The notes beneath the pieces were generated by a model, which saw only the letters and a list, made by a program, of their open reading frames with translations, did not search any database and had not been told where the DNA came from. The translations under genes and the position numbers were made by a program. This document shows, piece after piece, positions 1-14,110 of a DNA stretch of 64,000 nt (positions are counted from its first letter, which is position 1; each line of letters starts with the position of its first letter). Source of the stretch: Octopus bimaculoides. Its lineage: Eukaryota. Location of the stretch: assembly GCF_001194135.2 (NCBI RefSeq), contig NC_068992.1, forward strand, positions 67,632,603 through 67,696,602, given 5' to 3'.

Positions 1-13
1 ACACACATACATA

Positions 14-112
14 CTAGGCTTTAAGAATGTTCTTGGTCGTTTTCTTCGAATAAAAACCGAGGAGGTGCTCCAGCATGGCTGCAGTCAAATGACTGAAACA
101 TGTAAAGGAACA
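14..112 (+). mobile_element. 3' part of an octopus-type (OK/OR-like) SINE
   Basis: Contains ggtgctccagcatggctgcagtcaaatgactgaaaca, which recurs at 2345-2380 and 42960-42990 in this window. Confidence 0.7.
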
Positions 113-1944
113 ACAGAACAAAACAATTTGTGAGTGTGTGTCTTTGTGTGCGTATGTGTGTGTATATATACATACATGTGTATTAAGTCTGATTGTAATA
201 TGTGCGCGCGTATTTTGCAAGCGTGCTTGGCATTTATAAACGTGTTTATAAAGGTGTTTATGTACTAACAGTCTGTGTGTCTCTCTACACAGTTTGCATT
301 TATCTGGGTGTGTATCTCCGTACTCGCGCTTGTGTGCTTGTATTAATTGTAATTAACGAAATTCATGAATAATCTTTCCATTTTAAATTTGAATTCTATC
401 TCTTAATGTTTTCATCAAATCCAACCACAAAGGGACATGCTGGTACACAGTCACTCTCTAAGTAGTTTAAATATATTTTCCTACATATTCATTTCATGGA
501 TCAATGGCATTTTTAAATGATGCTCACCCTGCAAGCTCACCGATAAAAGCCGATTCTACGTGAACAGTTATTAACATTTTGATTTTCCTAAATGAAATAT
601 TATTTCAACATTTAATATTTTTTCATATGAAATCCTTTTATCTTTTCCATGCAATTAATGCATGTGTAGTCACACAAACAAATTATTTCAAAATGTGTTT
701 TCGAATTATCTCATCAAATAGTTTATATATGAATATATTCCAAGAAATGAAAGTTGAAACCCGTTTCGAATATATCAATTCCATTTTGCCAATAAATATA
801 TCGTGCACAAAGAGATTATGGAAAATGTTAAGGTTTAATCTTAGATGTCTGGGTTCTGATTATAGGTTTATATTTAACAAAGTTCCTCTCTTGAGAAACA
901 AAAATCGAATTATAATATTTACTTACAGTCAGCTATTTGAGATTGCATGAGTATGAATTTGACTAGATCCCTGTGCTTATTTCTGCTTTACTGATTATCT
1001 TCTCCCATTAATGAGAAAGTGTTTTGTTATGTTATCAAGATATGACACAGCGTAAAACAGCAGTCTTGTTATTATCCATCACATCAGAAATTGAAATTTA
1101 AGATTATCGGTATGGAAATTGATAGTAACCATCTTAGTATAAATTTTAAATTATCTAAATGAGGAAATAAACATTAAATTCAGTTTAAGCGAGAATAATG
1201 TAACACTTCATAGTGTGAAACGTGCTGAATGGCAAAGTGAAAATACGTGAGCTTAAAAGTTGAATGTGTTATACACTTCAGTCACAAAAGCTTGTCTCAT
1301 TTTACAAGCTGCTCGAGTAAAGGAAGTTGTGGGTTTAACGTTAGTTGTTAAGGCATTTATTGTTGTGTATCCGTAGCGCAGCTATACTATCAGCTTTGAC
1401 TCTCAAATAATTGTTGACGCCACGAAATGTAGTTTTTGAAATACATTTGTCTTTTGTGAATTGTGTATTAATACCGATTGCAGGATGGCCATAATACATA
1501 ATCAACCTCAGGTATGGGTCACTTAATTTTGCTGCCATTTCTTTTTGTTGGCCAAATATACATTTGAGCTTTCCTTCTTCACTTCCCGTGAAGATCTGCA
1601 TACTTGAAATTGATTTCTGTCTAGTGTCGTTGTAATGAAATCAGCAAACTTAACGATTAATTTTGTCTGCTGGCAAAATTCGATTTGTGAGATGTCTACG
1701 AACTTAATACAATATTGTTTGCGGCAGTGTTTTTAGTGAGTGTTTGAATGTAACTGCGTATACTTTCTGGATGTTTGGAAACAGCATGGAGTGAAAATTT
1801 AAAAAAGTGATTTGCAAATTCCTGATATTTCATTGTCTTCTACACAGATGACCTGATTTGATAAGTTGCTATATCAGTCAGATATAGAATATATTCTTTG
1901 GAATTAGCTAGTTAAAAGCAATACTGATTATTTCCGAAGCAAAA

Positions 1945-2003
1945 CTTATAAGATCTGGGGTCAATATGCTCGACTAAAGGTGGTGCTCCAGCATGACCAC
2001 AAG
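1945..2003 (+). mobile_element. Truncated 3' piece of the same SINE family
   Basis: ggggtcaatatgctcgactaaaggtggtgctccagcatgacc matches 2318-2360. Confidence 0.7.
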
Positions 2004-2035
2004 CAACCTTTTATTTGTTTCAGTCATTTGAATAC

Positions 2036-2390
2036 GAGCCACATGGTTCCGGGTTCAGTCCCATTGCGTGGCACCTTGGGCAAGTGTCTTCTACTATAGC
2101 CTCGGACCGACCAAAGCCTTGTGAGTGGATTTGGTAGACGAAAACTGAAAGAAGCCCGTCGTATATATGTATATATATATATGTGTGTGTTTGTGTGTCT
2201 GTGTTTGTCCCCCAACATCGCTTGACAACCGATGCTGGTGTGCTTACGTCCCCGTAACTTAGCGGTTCGGCAAAAGAGACCGATAGAATAAGTACTGGGC
2301 TTCCAAAGAATACGCCCTGGGGTCGATTTGCTCGACTAAAGGCGGTGCTTCAGCATGGCCACAGACAAATGACTGAAACAAGTAAAAGAG
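2036..2390 (+). mobile_element. tRNA-derived SINE, family A (octopus OK/OR-like), slightly 5'-truncated
   Basis: B-box-like ggttcagtccc, internal (TA/TG) tract, 3' end gactgaaacaagtaaaag; homologous copy at 42646-43010. Confidence 0.85.
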
Positions 2391-2415
2391 TATATATATA
2401 TATATATAGAGAGAT

Positions 2416-2456
<41 letters not shown>

Positions 2457-2458
2457 AT
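2391..2458. repeat. (TA)n-(GA)n microsatellite
   Basis: Directly visible. Confidence 0.95.
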
Positions 2459-2522
2459 CGGTAAAATCAAGGCCGAGGTGTGAGCCACACAATCAGCAAT
2501 GAATATTTTGCTTTCCTAATAT

Positions 2523-2702
2523 TTTCTACTGTAGGCACAAGGCCCGAGATTTGGGGGCGGGGAGGGGAGATTGATTAGATTGACTCCAGTACGCAACTGG
2601 TACTTGATTTATCGCCCCCGGCAATGGAATTTTAACTCAGAACGTAAAATCAGACGAACCCCTTTTCGCCCGACTTGCTAACGTTTCTTCCCGCTCGTCG
2701 CT
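2523..2702 (-). mobile_element. tRNA-derived SINE, family B, internally deleted
   Basis: Reverse complement matches the plus-strand copy at 32489-32667 (gggccttgtgcctac/agagtagaa end) and the head at 42518. Confidence 0.8.
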
Positions 2703-3687
2703 TTATTCTGCTTTCCTCATATTGCCATCGATTAAATCGATTACATCTATTCCCGTAAAAGGATCAGTATTCCACTTCAGTATATGCAATAATGGAAATA
2801 CTCTTCTTAACCGCTAATTCATATTCATTGTCTGTCTCTGTTGCACCCATTGCATGGTTAAACTAATATTTCTTTATACTAGTGTAGTCTACCTTTATTC
2901 ATTCGTACTTCCTCCTCCATGACTCAATGATACAAAACATTCCATCATTTTTATATAATGTAGACTTCAATCCTCCTGTTTCTTTCAGTATGTATATTTG
3001 GACAGGATGCAAAGTATATTTGGCTACTACTTCTAGAAGCTTTTTCACATAAGTGTACCACTCCACATCTGCCGGTTAAAGGAATACGCTGTATTTTCTT
3101 CGTATGGTATTTAAAACATACTACTAATAGTATTGATACGATTTGCTTTTGTGTTTTTGTACGAGTTTTCGAAGAATTTTCTTTTTTCATTTGATGATGT
3201 TTTGATGAAGTTATCATGTGCATTATTGAACTAGATTTTATCACATTCGTTTAGTGTATAGAGTGAATTTGTTGATTCGTTGTTCTGATTGCTATAGTGT
3301 TATCTGCAACACCATCTAATACTGATAGAATTCCGATATTGTGGAGGTTGATGTTGAACTGTGTGCTTTATCGGTAGTGATACCGTAGTTTCCTATTATT
3401 GTTTCTTAAAATGTTTCTTTCGTTTTTCGTTTGAGATTATTGTGTTTAGATCTCGGTAGTATATTTTCTCTTTTATCATTCAGTGCCTAAAACGTGCAAT
3501 AAGCATCTGTCTGTGTACAGTAAAATGACATTCAGCTACAGCGATAGCAGTTTAAGTGCGGTGATACACAATTGATACCGATTGGTTGTATTGTTTGTAG
3601 TAGATTTAAAGAGCATCTCTTCAACTTATGCAGAGAATATTTCCTTGGGCTCGTAGTATATACACCTTATATTATTTAGAATCTTTA

Positions 3688-3785
3688 ATGCTAAGCCGTA
3701 TTTCGTCCGTCGTTACCTTCTGCTTTCAAATTTGCTGTTCAACCCTCGGGATCGATAAAATAAGTGCAACTTGATCATTGGGATC
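3688..3785 (+). mobile_element. Degraded family B SINE fragment
   Basis: atgctaagccgtatttcgtccgtcgttaccttctg...gggatcgataaaataag resembles 32500-32590. Confidence 0.55.
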
Positions 3786-6721
3786 TATATAATCAACATA
3801 CCCACAAAACTTGCTGGAAATTTGGAACCATCAAATCTCACTTTATATTTCCCATGGAGATTTTTCTGTGAAAGTTGGAAAGAAAATAAGGTACAAGATC
3901 ATAACACGGTGTATCGTTTACTAATTTTCATAAATTTAACAAGATGTCAGTTTGATGATTTTACAGAATCAATCAGTTTATAACCAACAATTACTGCATC
4001 AATACATTAGTTCTTTGCCGTTTTGAAATAAATGTTGTGCATTCAACAAACCCATATTAAAAATGAGTTCAAAATATTCTGAGTTGTGCCCTACTTAAAG
4101 AAGTGTTCTGTAAAATATTGATAATTAATGTTAGAACGACAAAGAAATCACCGTTTCGTTCATTTACCCAGTTTGGCCAGCAGCTAAACACACGCACATA
4201 CATTACATATATGTACATGGATTTATACGTCCTCATTAAGTTAAGGAAGATATAGGAATTATACGAACTAGTCTACAATTTCCATTCTCGGGCGGAAACA
4301 TTCAGAGTTTGTAATTTTCTGTTCATAACTCTCGTTGCAGTAAATCCATATCCACTAAAAATAGTTGCTAAATTAATTCAACGAATTGGGAAGTTTGGCA
4401 TACACTTAATGCACTTATGGAATCATACGCAATTTACTCAGATCAGAAGATAAACTCGCATTGAAAGAAGTACATGCTATGAAAGAATGACTTAATCAAA
4501 CTAAACATACCAGCGGAATAATACACAACAGAAACAAAAAATACAAGCTCTTACGGTATATCAGGCGATATACATTAGAATAGTAGCGAAAATTTTAAGA
4601 ATATATGGAGCAAACAAACTTTAAGAATATACAATATTAAAATTCCTGTTGCCGAACTGTATTAGAATATCCCTGCTTGTCCCACGAGGAACTCTCTGTT
4701 GGCAGTCGGAATTGACTTTAGTAAAACGTAGTTAATGAAGATATGGTGCCATATTTTCTCTCTATGAAATAAATAATAACAATTCTTATTTCGTCAAGTG
4801 ACGGGGACGGGCAATAAACACACATATTTGTTTCGATTATTTATTGAAATATTGTGCTTTTGCCTAAATGACTAAAAAATTTACTTTTATCATGGAGGAG
4901 AAAGAAAACACTTTTAAGTCGTTCATCTTCAATAGCCAATTTGACAAAAGCTTCAAGGTTTTCTCAATAAGGGGATTTGGAAATATTGGCAGAACATAGC
5001 AAACGGAGTTAAATGGCTTAGGAGTTCCAATATGCGGAATCAAAGAGAGAAAATCCTCATAAGTCATCAACAAAACAAAATAAAAGTAAAGATGAAACGT
5101 ACAATCATTTTCAGAAAGTCAGCGCCACCTATGAAACAAGCAGAATAAAAAAGGAGGCAAATGAAAGAGACTGTACCGCATTGTAATTGAGAATATATGT
5201 AGATTATGAATTTGCTGCGTTTCCCTTCACTGATTGAATGCATAGAACATGTGTGCATTGTGTAAGTGGAAAACAACATCTCTAATATATGATCTTGAAA
5301 TGAGGTAAAATTACAACTCAGATCGATGCTCCAACGACCACATTAAACAATTCTCGATACACAGCAGTATGAAATTATTTTCTTTCTAAAGTAAAATTCA
5401 ACTCTTGTTTCCAGAGGAATGTTTTGAAATGATTGCTGTTGTAAATGAATTTGGGTAACTAAAGTGTAAGTTTATCTTGACGTGGAGAAAACCTTAACTT
5501 TCAAATGCTAATCATAATTAGCCCCAGTTAACAAACAAGGGGCACATAGATTTGTTGTAACAATTCTTTCGGTGTTTCAGGGAGATGTCTTTGATATTCA
5601 GGATAGATTACTCCAGCACAAGAACCCTGCAAAGTATTTTAGAATTTTTTAAATTTAGAATTTAATGTCACATACCTTTGTGAGTTTGAGCTCACTCAGT
5701 ATTCTACCCTCTTACACGAGGGTAGATTACTGAGAAATATATTTACGGAAAATACTGGAGGATGTGTACAACAAAATATCTAGGAAATATAAAGTAAAAC
5801 CTCGTCTATAGAGATTGGTTCGAATCTGATAAATTCTGCTAAAAAGCATCAAGTATTATGTTACCGTGGAATTTGTTCTCAGCAAAATGTATTTTATAGT
5901 AGCGCGGCACTAAAAAGAAATTACAAAGTTAATAAATAAATACAAGATGAGTTTTATTTTCGATCTGATGTATAATGCTTATCTACCAAATGTGAGTACG
6001 TGTGCGTGAAATATCAACATTGAATAGGCTGCTGTCAGTAAAAATAAATTGTGAATTCATAGCATCTAGAAGATGTATTCAAATCCCACTCAATCATATT
6101 TATTTCAGGTGCATCTTAATTCGGCACAGTATCTACATCCCAAGGCTAGAGCTGATACTTATCGCAGAATATTGCAAATGTTTCAAATATGACTGTGCTA
6201 AGTTGTCAAAATAGTTATTTTTAATGTTGATTATATTATTTTCAATGGACGTACGTAGCTTTCCTCTAAATATTGATGTTCAGAACGCCCATGCAGGTAT
6301 TTTACCAGTTACATTATGATTTACACTGGTTTCCCTGTGTAACTCTTTCTTATAGATTCCACTGTCGGGAACAGGTAATATAACACGTAGTGCACCACAC
6401 AAACGGTTTCAGTCGATTTTGGTAGGGCGCTATATTTTATAAAGTCAATTTTGTAATGGGATTGCTGTGCCATTCATTCCTCTAGATTCTGTAATGTAAT
6501 TACAATTACTCGATATTGTGTTAATGGACAATGCTTTACCTGCCAACAGTATTTGTTGTTGAGCCAATATTCGAAATCTTAGGATCGATCAAATCGGAGA
6601 TGGATGGTTGAGTAACGGTCAGAATGACATGAGATAATTACTTTGTCCAATAATATTGACTTCGCATTTAATGAATTTCAAGTTCAAGGAATGCGTACTC
6701 TTCATAAAAAAGTGTCAATTA

Positions 6722-6825
6722 CTGAAACAACTACAACTACATCTCAGTTGTGGTGCTCTGGACCGCCGCCACCTCCGCCGTCGCTGCTGCTGCTACAACT
6801 ACTATTACTACTACTACCACTACTA
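6722..6825. repeat. Compound (ACT)/(CCG)/(GCT) trinucleotide repeat
   Basis: Directly visible; produces the poly-T/P/L stretch in ORF 6643..6939. Confidence 0.85.
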
Positions 6826-6904
6826 AGGCAGAGGGCTGGTAGAAGCGTTAATACACCAAAATGCATTGCAGCAATGCATACACCTTTGCATTTTGTGGTC
6901 AACT

Positions 6905-7018
6905 ATGCCTTGGGCCTCAATAAAATAAGTACCAGATGAGTGTTGGGGGTCGATGTAATCGACTGACCACCTCCGGTTTAAAGTTTCAAGTCTTGAGCCT
7001 AGAGTAGAAAGGAACATT
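6905..7018 (+). mobile_element. Family B SINE, 3' half
   Basis: aaataagtaccag...ggggtcgatgtaatcgactg...gagcctagagtagaaaggaa. Confidence 0.7.
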
Positions 7019-7035
7019 ATTGAAATTACTAAGTA

Positions 7036-7205
7036 GGTGAGTTGGCAGAACTGTTAGACACTGGAGAAAATGCTCAGTGTCATGTCTTCTGACAGTACGT
7101 TCTGAGCTCAAATTCCGCCGTGGTCGGCCATACCTTTCATCCTTTCCAGATCGATCAATTAATTCCCAGCGAAGTATTGCGGTGGATGTGATTGGCGTCA
7201 CTTCT
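7036..7205 (+). mobile_element. Family B SINE, 5' part with Pol III A/B-box-like motifs
   Basis: gagttggcagaactgttag (A-box-like) and gagctcaaattccgccg (B-box-like). Confidence 0.75.
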
Positions 7206-7511
7206 TGTCATAAAAAAAATGCTAACCGTTTACGACGGTTTGAAATCATTGTCATTAGGTTTCATTTTTCTTAACTCAGGTTGTGCTGAAACTCCTGATA
7301 TCTTGCGAGAGTAGCGTGCCTACTACCTACAGCTTAGGACACAATGGCACTTATTTGAATGTTTCATTATCTGATACTTTTCTGACGAATCTGGCCTTTC
7401 TCAGGAGACAAACGTTTTCAAAACTTCTTCCAATTTCCATTACGTTACTTTTTAATCTTCCAGTCGGGCTATCTTATAGTTAAAAGAACCGTTTACGTAA
7501 TATTTCTTCCT

Positions 7512-7512
7512 G

Positions 7513-7557
<45 letters not shown>

Positions 7558-7608
7558 GTAATGTTTAATCTGCATTTTTGTCACAGTGCTTCTTCTTCTT
7601 CTTCTTCT
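7512..7608. repeat. (ATT)n and (CTT)n microsatellites
   Basis: Directly visible. Confidence 0.95.
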
Positions 7609-7654
7609 TATATGAAAACTCAAAGCTTATTTTGGTGGGCATAATGGAGGGTGC

Positions 7655-8665
7655 CAGCAGACTAAGGTGACACTNNNNNNNNNNNNNNNNNNNNNNNNNN
7701 NNNNNNNNNNNNNNNNNNNNNNNNNNNNNNNNNNNNNNNNNNNNNNNNNNNNNNNNNNNNNNNNNNNNNNNNNNNNNNNNNNNNNNNNNNNNNNNNNNNN
7801 NNNNNNNNNNNNNNNNNNNNNNNNNNNNNNNNNNNNNNNNNNNNNNNNNNNNNNNNNNNNNNNNNNNNNNNNNNNNNNNNNNNNNNNNNNNNNNNNNNNN
7901 NNNNNNNNNNNNNNNNNNNNNNNNNNNNNNNNNNNNNNNNNNNNNNNNNNNNNNNNNNNNNNNNNNNNNNNNNNNNNNNNNNNNNNNNNNNNNNNNNNNN
8001 NNNNNNNNNNNNNNNNNNNNNNNNNNNNNNNNNNNNNNNNNNNNNNNNNNNNNNNNNNNNNNNNNNNNNNNNNNNNNNNNNNNNNNNNNNNNNNNNNNNN
8101 NNNNNNNNNNNNNNNNNNNNNNNNNNNNNNNNNNNNNNNNNNNNNNNNNNNNNNNNNNNNNNNNNNNNNNNNNNNNNNNNNNNNNNNNNNNNNNNNNNNN
8201 NNNNNNNNNNNNNNNNNNNNNNNNNNNNNNNNNNNNNNNNNNNNNNNGACTCCTTCTGCCGTTTCTTCATACCACGTCTGTGCTGTTTGTGGGCCTGGAT
8301 TTCCGGAGAGCTCCCAATGGGTCATTATTGCCACATTGTCATGGCGTCTTTTGTATTCGTGTTGTGTCTATTTCGGACATTTCGCTAACGATATGCCATA
8401 CCGTTTCACCACTCTCTCCACACATTCTGCATTTGTCACTATCGCTAGTGTTGTCTATTCTGCACTTTATACATTTGGTCCTTAACGCCTGTTCCTGGGC
8501 TGCGTATGTAAGTACTTCTGTCTCTGTTTTCAAGTCACTCCTCCTCATCCATAGCTACCAATCCTCTGTATATGAATTGGCGTTCACATCACTTGCAAAC
8601 TGGCCGTACATTTTTATCCGTTCATGCTTCTTTCCTTTCTTTTTCGTTCATTTTTTTTTGTTAAA
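7655..8665 (-). mobile_element. R4/Dong-like non-LTR retrotransposon 3' fragment spanning a gap
   Basis: Translation MRRSDLKTETEVLTYAAQEQAL...CRMCGESGETVWHIVSE(C) is a CCHC knuckle, followed by RHDNVAIMTHWEL; near-identical to 34747-35160. Confidence 0.9.
7675..8247. other. Assembly gap (573 N)
   Basis: N run. Other gaps: 22636-22645, 22899-23176, 28459-28468, 43030-43081, 50233-50586, 55326-55445, 60557-60656. Confidence 1.
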
Positions 8666-8739
8666 AGTAATGCCACGAGCCATGTTGCTCGATGCTCTAA
8701 GGAGACTATCGATCGAATGACTTTAATAAAACCACATAG

Positions 8740-8870
8740 ACAACATTTTTTTCGGAGCGGTAGAGAAATCGATCCTAGTAATTAACTAATACATTATTTT
8801 ATCGATCGGAGGATTATGAAACGGAAAGTTGACCTTGTCGGGTTTTGAATGCAGGACATAAAAAAAAGAC
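8740..8870 (-). mobile_element. Degraded family B SINE
   Basis: atcgatcctagta...atcgatcggaggattatgaaacggaaagttgaccttgtcgggttttgaa resembles the reverse complement of family B. Confidence 0.5.
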
Positions 8871-9299
8871 AATACATTGAACGTAATGAATATTCTCGAT
8901 GATTTACTCCCGCAGATTACGAAAGAATGATAAAAGATAGAAATATATGAGAGACAGAAATAAAAGAATTGGACTAAAGAGAATATACGTTTTATTTATG
9001 AATGAACAAAAATGATATAAAAGCAGTATACTTAAATGAAATCTTTGTGTTCTTGATATTATTAATCAAAATACAAATGCTAAAATTTAACTGCCATCTG
9101 TCCTGAGGATTAATATCAAATGATAGTACTCATGATACATTATATTTATCGTATATCAAATGATAGTGTAATATAATTAGATACACATGTTACAATTTAC
9201 TGATACGACGAGTACTGTATAAATAAGTATAAATGTATCAAGGAATCAAATGCCACGTGCACGATATTAAATAACAGCGGAATGTTGCTTTCGAATCCA

Positions 9300-10878
9300 A
9301 AGGCGAAGCGTTACGTATATTTAGAAGCACTTTTCAAAAATATATTATGAAGTTAGATTCCTTATTTTGAAAAGAAAAATTCAAAATTGCAAATTTCTTG
9401 AAGCATGAAAACAAATATCGAAAAAGCTAAAAATGTAAAGTTAAAATTACTAATTAAAGAACTTCTGAACCGAAAACGTAACTGGACTGTAAACGCGACG
9501 AGCACTTAAATAGGAAATAAATTCGAGAAAACAGAATAATGCAGGAAAACAGATCTTGAAGACAAAATTTTAAATGAGATTGAAGAATCTTTAATAATAA
9601 ATAGGAAGGACAAACAACATAGGCCTGGATAGGAACTCGTAACGATTAATAAAAAGTGAGCAATGCGAACATGCTATTGTTTGCATATGACTAGTTGCAC
9701 GCATATTGTAAACCGGCGATAATGCCGCCTTACATATACAACGATTCCTCTCAATATTGCATAATATCGACTAAAGTAAAGTGGTAGAAACATCATCGGT
9801 GACAATATTTGGAAGTAGAAAAAGAATGCGAAAAGATGCAAGGCTGTGACATAAATAAAAGGAAATATTGCATGCACCAAGATCAATGAAAGCTATAAAA
9901 CAAAGTGAAGCTGTTAGACAGACTATTCACATTAGATTTAAATATTTCTAAAAGAATCGGTGCCATAGTACAAATCTGAAAACGGGGTACCGTAAATGCG
10001 AATATGAAAAGAAGTCCGATATTATATAGCTTGAAACGGGAAAAACAGCGATAGTGACAAAGAAATAAATAGTACAACTCTCAAGGCATACACTTAGCGA
10101 TATCCTTTAATACCTCATTTGAAATAGCATCCGTAATACGTGCTTCGTCATTAGTAAAAATGTATCTGTAAAATATACACGTAATGCTACAAAGAGCTGT
10201 GAAGTACGAAAACAAACCATCATGATCAAAGCTTATGAGTAAGAGCGGTGATATGGATCCACTTTAAAGTTATATGTCATGACCTCCTAGTTTTGGATAC
10301 TTGTATGCATAAAATTATTCGATTCTGTAGAATATAGACATTCGATGAGATGTACATAGCTTAGAGGTTTGAGATAAATCTGATTAGAAACTAAGTTATG
10401 AAAAAAATATATTTTCACAAAATATTTTGTTTGACAATCATTTGATGTTCTCTCTTATATGGTGAACTACATCAAACGAAAGTGGGTCTGTTCGAACGTA
10501 ATTGTGAATTACTCCTCTAGTGTGTAAAAATGCCATACAATTTTACACCAAATTTATTGAAGGAAGGAATTCTTTCAAAACATATGAGAACTTTTATCAA
10601 GGAGATAAAGGTGTAGATTGATAGTGGAAAATTGGAAAAGTACCAGGATTGTAATAAAGCTAGAAATAGGAGTAATAAAATCTGTTAGAAGCTGAGACAC
10701 GCAAACATTTGCCTGTCGTACGAGATATGTTGCAGAAGAAATTTAAACGTTACGTTGGAAAATAATATAAACTGAGAATAGGTGATCTCTTGAAGCTCAA
10801 TCTAAATCGAAGGCAGATCATTAGGTTTATAAGAAAATGGTAAATTACAAATCTGCAGCCTTTATTCGGCAGGCACAA

Positions 10879-10924
<46 letters not shown>

Positions 10925-11460
10925 AGAAAGATGTTAATCATACATAAATGGGTTACAGTGATGAAACATTATTGCTAGACTGAAATATTTCAAGACAATT
11001 GTTAATCACTTTAAGCTACATTACGCTTTGCAACTATTTAGATGGAACTCGTACGTGCTTTCATATACATTAAAAGAGAAAAATGCATTAGAAATGAATT
11101 TAAAAAATGGAGTAAGTTGGATTAATGGGTTGGGTAAAGTACATTTATTCGAGAAAGATATTTGTACAATAGCTGCAGTTAAAAGATCAGTGTCATTCGA
11201 TAAAAGCATTAGTAAAATGAATGCTTAAAAGACAAAAATAGAACAGGAATTAACATTTGTGGGGCAGTAGAAGAAACTGTTCATTATGTTTCATGTGAAC
11301 ATAGAACGCTTGCAAATTGATAAGTTATGTAACAATGATTTATAACGATTAATAAGAAATCGATTTACAAAGTGATCATATGAGAAAGGAATGCACTTCT
11401 GGTGTAATCACTCTAAGTTCTGACAACCACACAATTCATGCAACATAATAAGTTTTGCGA
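9300..11460 (+). mobile_element. Heavily decayed R4/Dong-like LINE (RT to CCHC region)
   Basis: Recognisable remnants CGAVEETVHYVSCEHRTLA near 11258-11315, NHLMF near 10436 and LKLNLNRRQIIRFIRKW near 10790; many stops and frameshifts. Confidence 0.45.
10881..10922. repeat. (TA)n microsatellite
   Basis: Directly visible. Confidence 0.95.
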
Positions 11461-13809
11461 TATCAAATATAGCAGGATGTAAATCTAAGGAAATAGTAAA
11501 GATAGCAATTGTTTAGTAGAGACAAGTAAATATTTCTTTTATTGACAAGGGAACGTTAACTTTCACTTCATCTTAACTACATGAAGAGAATCTTTTTGAT
11601 ACACATTCGAAAGCAATCATAAAACAGATTTCATAGGAACCTGTCAAACTAGATTCAGAGCGATTCCTCTGAACAGTCATTGCCAGAGGCTGATGAAACA
11701 TGTCAGTATTTCTCAAGACATTACCATTTTGGCAGCATTAAAGGATGCGATGCTACCGATGCTGCTGCTGGTTGTAGTACTAATTCTAATAATGAAAAAA
11801 TGTTCCATCCATAAATATAAATTATTTTGCTCTAAACTACTTTTATGTGTGCAATCATTCAACTTTTATTCAATAGCAGTTTCATTCACAATATGTGTAA
11901 TCAACTTATTCCATAGTATAAGTGTCAAGCTTATTTACTGCGACCTTTACATTGTTTCTTGTTTATTTTGTTTTCTGTTTTCCTATTATTATTATTATTA
12001 TCGTTGCTGTTTCCCGGTTCAAATCTGCATCGTATTTAAACCTCAACTCGTGGTCCGGGACGCGGAGCATTTCGTACCTTTTATAGAAAAAGTATTTTCT
12101 ACTCATTTTATTTATTCTTATATTGAATTGAGAATATTCTGTATAATTTTGGAAGAGCTTAATTTGATTTGATTCCTATACAGCTCACTCCCAAGTTGAG
12201 ATTTACAATATCTATTCTCAGACTTATTTCTCTGTTCCGATCGTTCTAACAATAATCAACATTATTATAACCTTATTAACTTCCCAGATCCAAGCAGAAT
12301 GTAAAGACTTGCTTTTGAATTTGTTATATTCAACTGCGTTTTATTTTTCGTTTCATTTTATTCTGGTAAAATTATTAATAATATAAATATGATTATTATA
12401 GTTGTTGATGATACGGTTGTTGCTTTTGTATTCAAGCTGCACCAATTGGTATTTGTCAAGTTTTACTCGTTCCTTAGTCAGCCTGAATTGTGTTCCTATC
12501 TAGCATTATTGCTTTGGAAATGGTTGAATTTTAAAGACAATCTTTCTGGACTCGGAAGATGGCTTCGTGCCCTAGGATGGGAGGAGAGGCAAAAGTGCTT
12601 CTTTCGGACTAGTAGTAATCTATGAAAGAATGGCAAGATATTTACAGGATATATGCAGTATAGAAATAATGAAAAGGGGTTGCCTTTTCATTAAGACAGA
12701 GTAATGAAAAGGGATTGCCAACTTGCACATGTGCTTCCGGCTGTGTGGCACGCATTGAATATTTCTCCCCAACGTACAAGTAACAACAAAAACGTGTCAT
12801 ATCTAAATATCTAGATCGCATATTGATTAACTGAACTGAGGTGTACATGCGTCAACAAATTCAACTGATTGGATGCAAAGACAACAAATTTCTTACCTTC
12901 ATTTTCATCGACATAATCCTACCTCCTTGCAGCCCAATGTGTTCTTCCCAGCTTGCACATAATTTAACCACTGAACTAATGGACTACTTAGTTGATGATT
13001 GAAATAGAACCGTTGGTGGACTCGGTTGAGGAGAAATGACAAGTTAACGAAGCCAGCAACCAATTTTTCTGGTCTGTGGGACGGGCGAATACAACTCTGT
13101 TTCATGCACATGTAAGTGGATTAGCACTGAAACATTTCACAAACTTTTGCAACCTAGTGTGCTCTGGAGAGTTAGCAGGAATTAAAACTTACCTTAATAC
13201 TATAAAATGTGGAATCCCCAGAGTAGATGATATCAGCATGTTTAACAATAATAATATTAAGAAGAAGAAGAAAACACCCGCAACGAATAACAGACATGAC
13301 AGACATGTACGAGCGAGCTCTGTACAACGTTGGATTAAATCTTTGATTATCGGCAAACAGGATTTAAGAAACAGCAAAAGTATGAAAGAAAATTGTTTCT
13401 TAATATAAATCATTTCAGGACGCCGAAATATTTCTCTCATATACGAAACATAGTTGTCAGTCAAGTTGTCACAGATAAACACGTATGTGAAAATGTGTAG
13501 CCAACAAGCGGAGATGCGATTTGCCAACACAAGAACTGAAACAATATGTGAGAGCGTGATGTCACCACAGACAAAAGAAAACAAAATAAAAAAGCTGTGA
13601 GTACAAATAATAAGGGTATATGCAGTCTCCTTTCTACCCAAATGCACATAAATGTAATGTTCATATCTTGTACACATGCACTCGTACATTTCGTTCATGC
13701 ATAAGGCAACCTAAAGCACTCTTTAAACAATTTAAACGAGACAAATAATAATAACAATAAATATAAAGTGCAACACGTCTTATTTGAAATAGAGATTAAA
13801 AAACAGATA

Positions 13810-14110
13810 CTTTTTTCTTGACCACATCATCTCGGATTGCCCAGTCCTTGCCAAGTCTAAATAATTATACAGACACGACAAAGTAAACAGTTATATCCAC
13901 TGGACAACATGCCAACATTACAACATGAAAACTGACAACAGGTAGTATAAGCATGAGCCAAGCAACAAGACAATGATCAGGCCAGAATCATCTGGAATCA
14001 TCTGGAATATCATCTGGAATATGCCGGTTCAAACCGACAAAGAAATAAAAGCTAATCACCCGAACATAACAGTCAAGGACAGGGGAACAAAACACTTGCT
14101 TACTGATATT
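13810..14110 (+). mobile_element. R4/Dong-like LINE fragment (CCHC end and RLE domain)
   Basis: LDHIISDCPVLAKSK*LYRHDKVNSYIHW...IWNMPVQTDKEIKANHPNITVKD; contains a local triplication of aatcatctgg. Confidence 0.8.

Noticed and set aside
1341-1601. 86-aa minus-strand ORF (MQIFTGSEEGK...) and a possible 28-nt plus-strand exon (MAIIHNQPQ)
   Set aside because: No recognisable domain and no supporting partner exons
2950-3680. Possible decayed RTE RT on the minus strand
   Set aside because: Only vague motif resemblance; could not be aligned convincingly
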